Below, piece after piece: positions 35,653-37,026 of a stretch of 37,026 nucleotides of DNA. The notes under the pieces are model-generated. The model worked only from the letters and a program-made list of their open reading frames with translations, was not told the origin of the DNA and did no database searches. The translations under genes were made by a program, and so were the position numbers. Origin of the DNA: an uncultured Bacilli bacterium (GTDB lineage Bacteria > Bacillota_I > Bacilli_A > RF39 > UBA660); assembly GCA_947628545.1 (NCBI GenBank), contig CANRAJ010000002.1, positions 1-37,026 of the forward strand, given 5' to 3'. Position 1 is the first letter of the stretch. Every line of letters starts with the position of its first letter.

Positions 35653-36864
35653 TTAAATGTCCATTAAAATGTAGGGATCATCGCTCGTTCCTGTACCGGT
35701 CGCCGCGATATTTTTAATAATATTAATAACGGGTCTAATGCCTAAGGCCGTAGTTGAGGAGATATCATCGGCTAAAGCCCCATTTGCCTCAACTACATAA
35801 GGATAATAGGCCACTTGAGTATATTTAGCCGAGGTCATCGTATAATAACTACTCGTAATGCTATCATTATATAAATAATAGTTTTTATTTTCCGTACTGG
35901 TTCCACCAGCCATCGCCACCTCATCGGCCGTCAATAAGCCAATTTTAGATACTAATGTATCCCCTAAACAAGCGGGATTAGGAATAAAGTTTTTACTAAT
36001 GCGGTTAAACGCCGCATAAGTTTCTTCCCCTTCTTCAATTACCAAATCATTGCAGAACTTATGGCTGGCAATTTGTTCGGTATAACTTTCTAAATAAACG
36101 CTAAACCAGTCAGTTAAAGCCAAATGAATTAACGATTCGTTAAAGGCAAAATCTTCCCCGGTTTGATAACCACTGGTTGTTTCAATTAAATTATTTAAAA
36201 CAAGTTTAACCGAACCATCCTCGTTAATTTTGACAATCCGCCATAAATTGTTGGCAAATGATACATAATTATTATCGATATCGCCGCGAAAATAATAAAT
36301 AGTTTCTTTATCGCTTTTTACTTTAATTAAGCCCTCATTAACCGTTGCATTTTCGGCAAAAGAAGTTATAGGTTTATCATAAACCTTATTATTTTCAATA
36401 ATTAAATCACCAAAAGTCATGCTTTCTTTATTACTTAAAGCCACAACTAATTCTCCTTGGTATTTATGGCTCGTTGTAATATTTAATTCATAGTTTTGCG
36501 TGGCTTTGGGGGCAATCGCAATTTGATTTTTAATAATGGAAGAATATAAATCATTGGTAATATCGATTTTATTATCTGTTCCCACTAAATGATATTTAAC
36601 ATCATCAGCCGTAATTTTAGCCAACCGAATATAATAGGTTTCTTCATTATCCCCATTATTAGTTACCGAAAAACTAATTTTTTGATCCGTTTTGCCATGA
36701 AACTTATTGCCATTAAGATAATTAATGGTTAAATTACCATCGGCCACTACTACGGCTTGATGAGCAAAATAATTTTCATAAAGATAGTAAAATACCCCTA
36801 AAGTCACACAAGCCCCAATAAGAATGAAAATAAAAAATAAAGCTGATTTATATCTTTTGCGCAT
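35653..36864 (-). CDS. membrane-anchored extracellular protein (hypothetical; beta-sandwich-like N-module plus conserved C-terminal domain)
   Basis: N-terminal anchor ALFFIFILIGACVTLGVFYYLY. The N-module resembles that of the BspA-like protein. The C-terminal half carries motifs I have seen in Firmicute pilin-like and surface proteins: NYVSFANNLWRIVKINEDGSVKLV, IGLLTADEVAMAGG, GIRPVINI. Confidence 0.65.
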   Translation of the reverse strand: MRKRYKSALFFIFILIGACVTLGVFYYLYENYFAHQAVVVADGNLTINYLNGNKFHGKTDQKISFSVTNNGDNEETYYIRLAKITADDVKYHLVGTDNKIDITNDLYSSIIKNQIAIAPKATQNYELNITTSHKYQGELVVALSNKESMTFGDLIIENNKVYDKPITSFAENATVNEGLIKVKSDKETIYYFRGDIDNNYVSFANNLWRIVKINEDGSVKLVLNNLIETTSGYQTGEDFAFNESLIHLALTDWFSVYLESYTEQIASHKFCNDLVIEEGEETYAAFNRISKNFIPNPACLGDTLVSKIGLLTADEVAMAGGTSTENKNYYLYNDSITSSYYTMTSAKYTQVAYYPYVVEANGALADDISSTTALGIRPVINIIKNIAATGTGTSDDPYILMDI

Positions 36865-36891
36865 TTTTATCATTCCTTACATCCTACTAAA

Positions 36892-36920
36892 AGTATACAA
36901 AAATTGCTTTTTTTTGTCAA
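36892..36920 (-). promoter_or_regulatory. sigma-A-like promoter of the 35653..36864 gene
   Basis: Minus strand reads a consensus TTGACA (36915..36920), a 17-nt spacer, then TATACT (36892..36897). Confidence 0.55.
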
Positions 36921-37026
36921 TTATATTGCTCCCTTTAGGTTTATTTGTAGTGTGCAATTAAAATAGAAATGTGACAGTTATTCCAATTTGCCATCAAAAT
37001 TTCAGGAACCGATAATGTGATGATAA

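Noticed and set aside
1-37026. Mollicutes-type genetic code (UGA = Trp), given the AT-richness and the DUF285 proteins
   Set aside because: TGA terminates well-defined genes (mreC at 30205..30207, mreD at 29822..29824). Long conserved genes read through with TGG as Trp under the standard code.
1-37026. Mobile elements, prophage, integrative islands, toxin-antitoxin or known defence systems
   Set aside because: No transposase, integrase, recombinase, phage structural or nuclease/ATPase defence-type ORFs are visible. There are no terminal inverted repeats or tRNA-flanked junctions. Gene content is housekeeping plus surface proteins.
36941-37026. Open minus-strand frame running in from the window end (..IITLSVPEILMANWNNCHISILIAHYK*), possibly the 3' end of another gene
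   Set aside because: Only 27 codons are visible and nothing in them is recognisable. I cannot distinguish this from a chance open frame.

Overview
AT-rich chromosomal segment from a low-GC Bacillota organism. It uses the standard genetic code: TGA serves as a stop codon (for example mreC at 30205..30207) and Trp is TGG. It makes peptidoglycan (murF, mreCD). About 35 genes are present, nearly all on the minus strand. Most are housekeeping genes in blocks that mirror Bacillus subtilis gene order: lon and tig; comEA-comEC-holA; mreC-mreD-spoIVFA/B-like-rplU-prp-rpmA-X-obg; recD2; mtaB. DUF285/BspA-type repeat proteins alongside cell-wall genes suggest an Erysipelotrichia-like or Mollicutes-related walled lineage; this is inference only. 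I found no rRNA, tRNA, CRISPR array, transposase, integrase or recognisable defence system. Several things deserve a second look. (1) ppdK is split by a 1-nt frame change exactly at a T5A5 / U_UUA_AAA site. (2) Three membrane-anchored surface proteins share a TasA/SipW-like N-terminus. One of them is a ~20-repeat DUF285/BspA protein with a near-perfect 156-bp tandem duplication, apparently co-transcribed with ruvA (no ruvB follows) and an orphan type IV pilin-like gene. (3) A (TA)9 tract forms the spacer of a promoter-like element upstream of another of these surface genes. (4) Two translationally coupled paralogous genes of unknown function sit between the spoIVFB-like protease gene and rplU. 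(5) Next to them is a 374-nt non-coding region with a consensus -35, three terminator-like hairpins and a 13-nt direct repeat, which could be an sRNA or a long attenuated rplU leader. I did not find a clearly recognisable novel multi-gene system. The paralog pair plus the structured intergenic region, and the surface-protein/pilin unit, are the best candidates.
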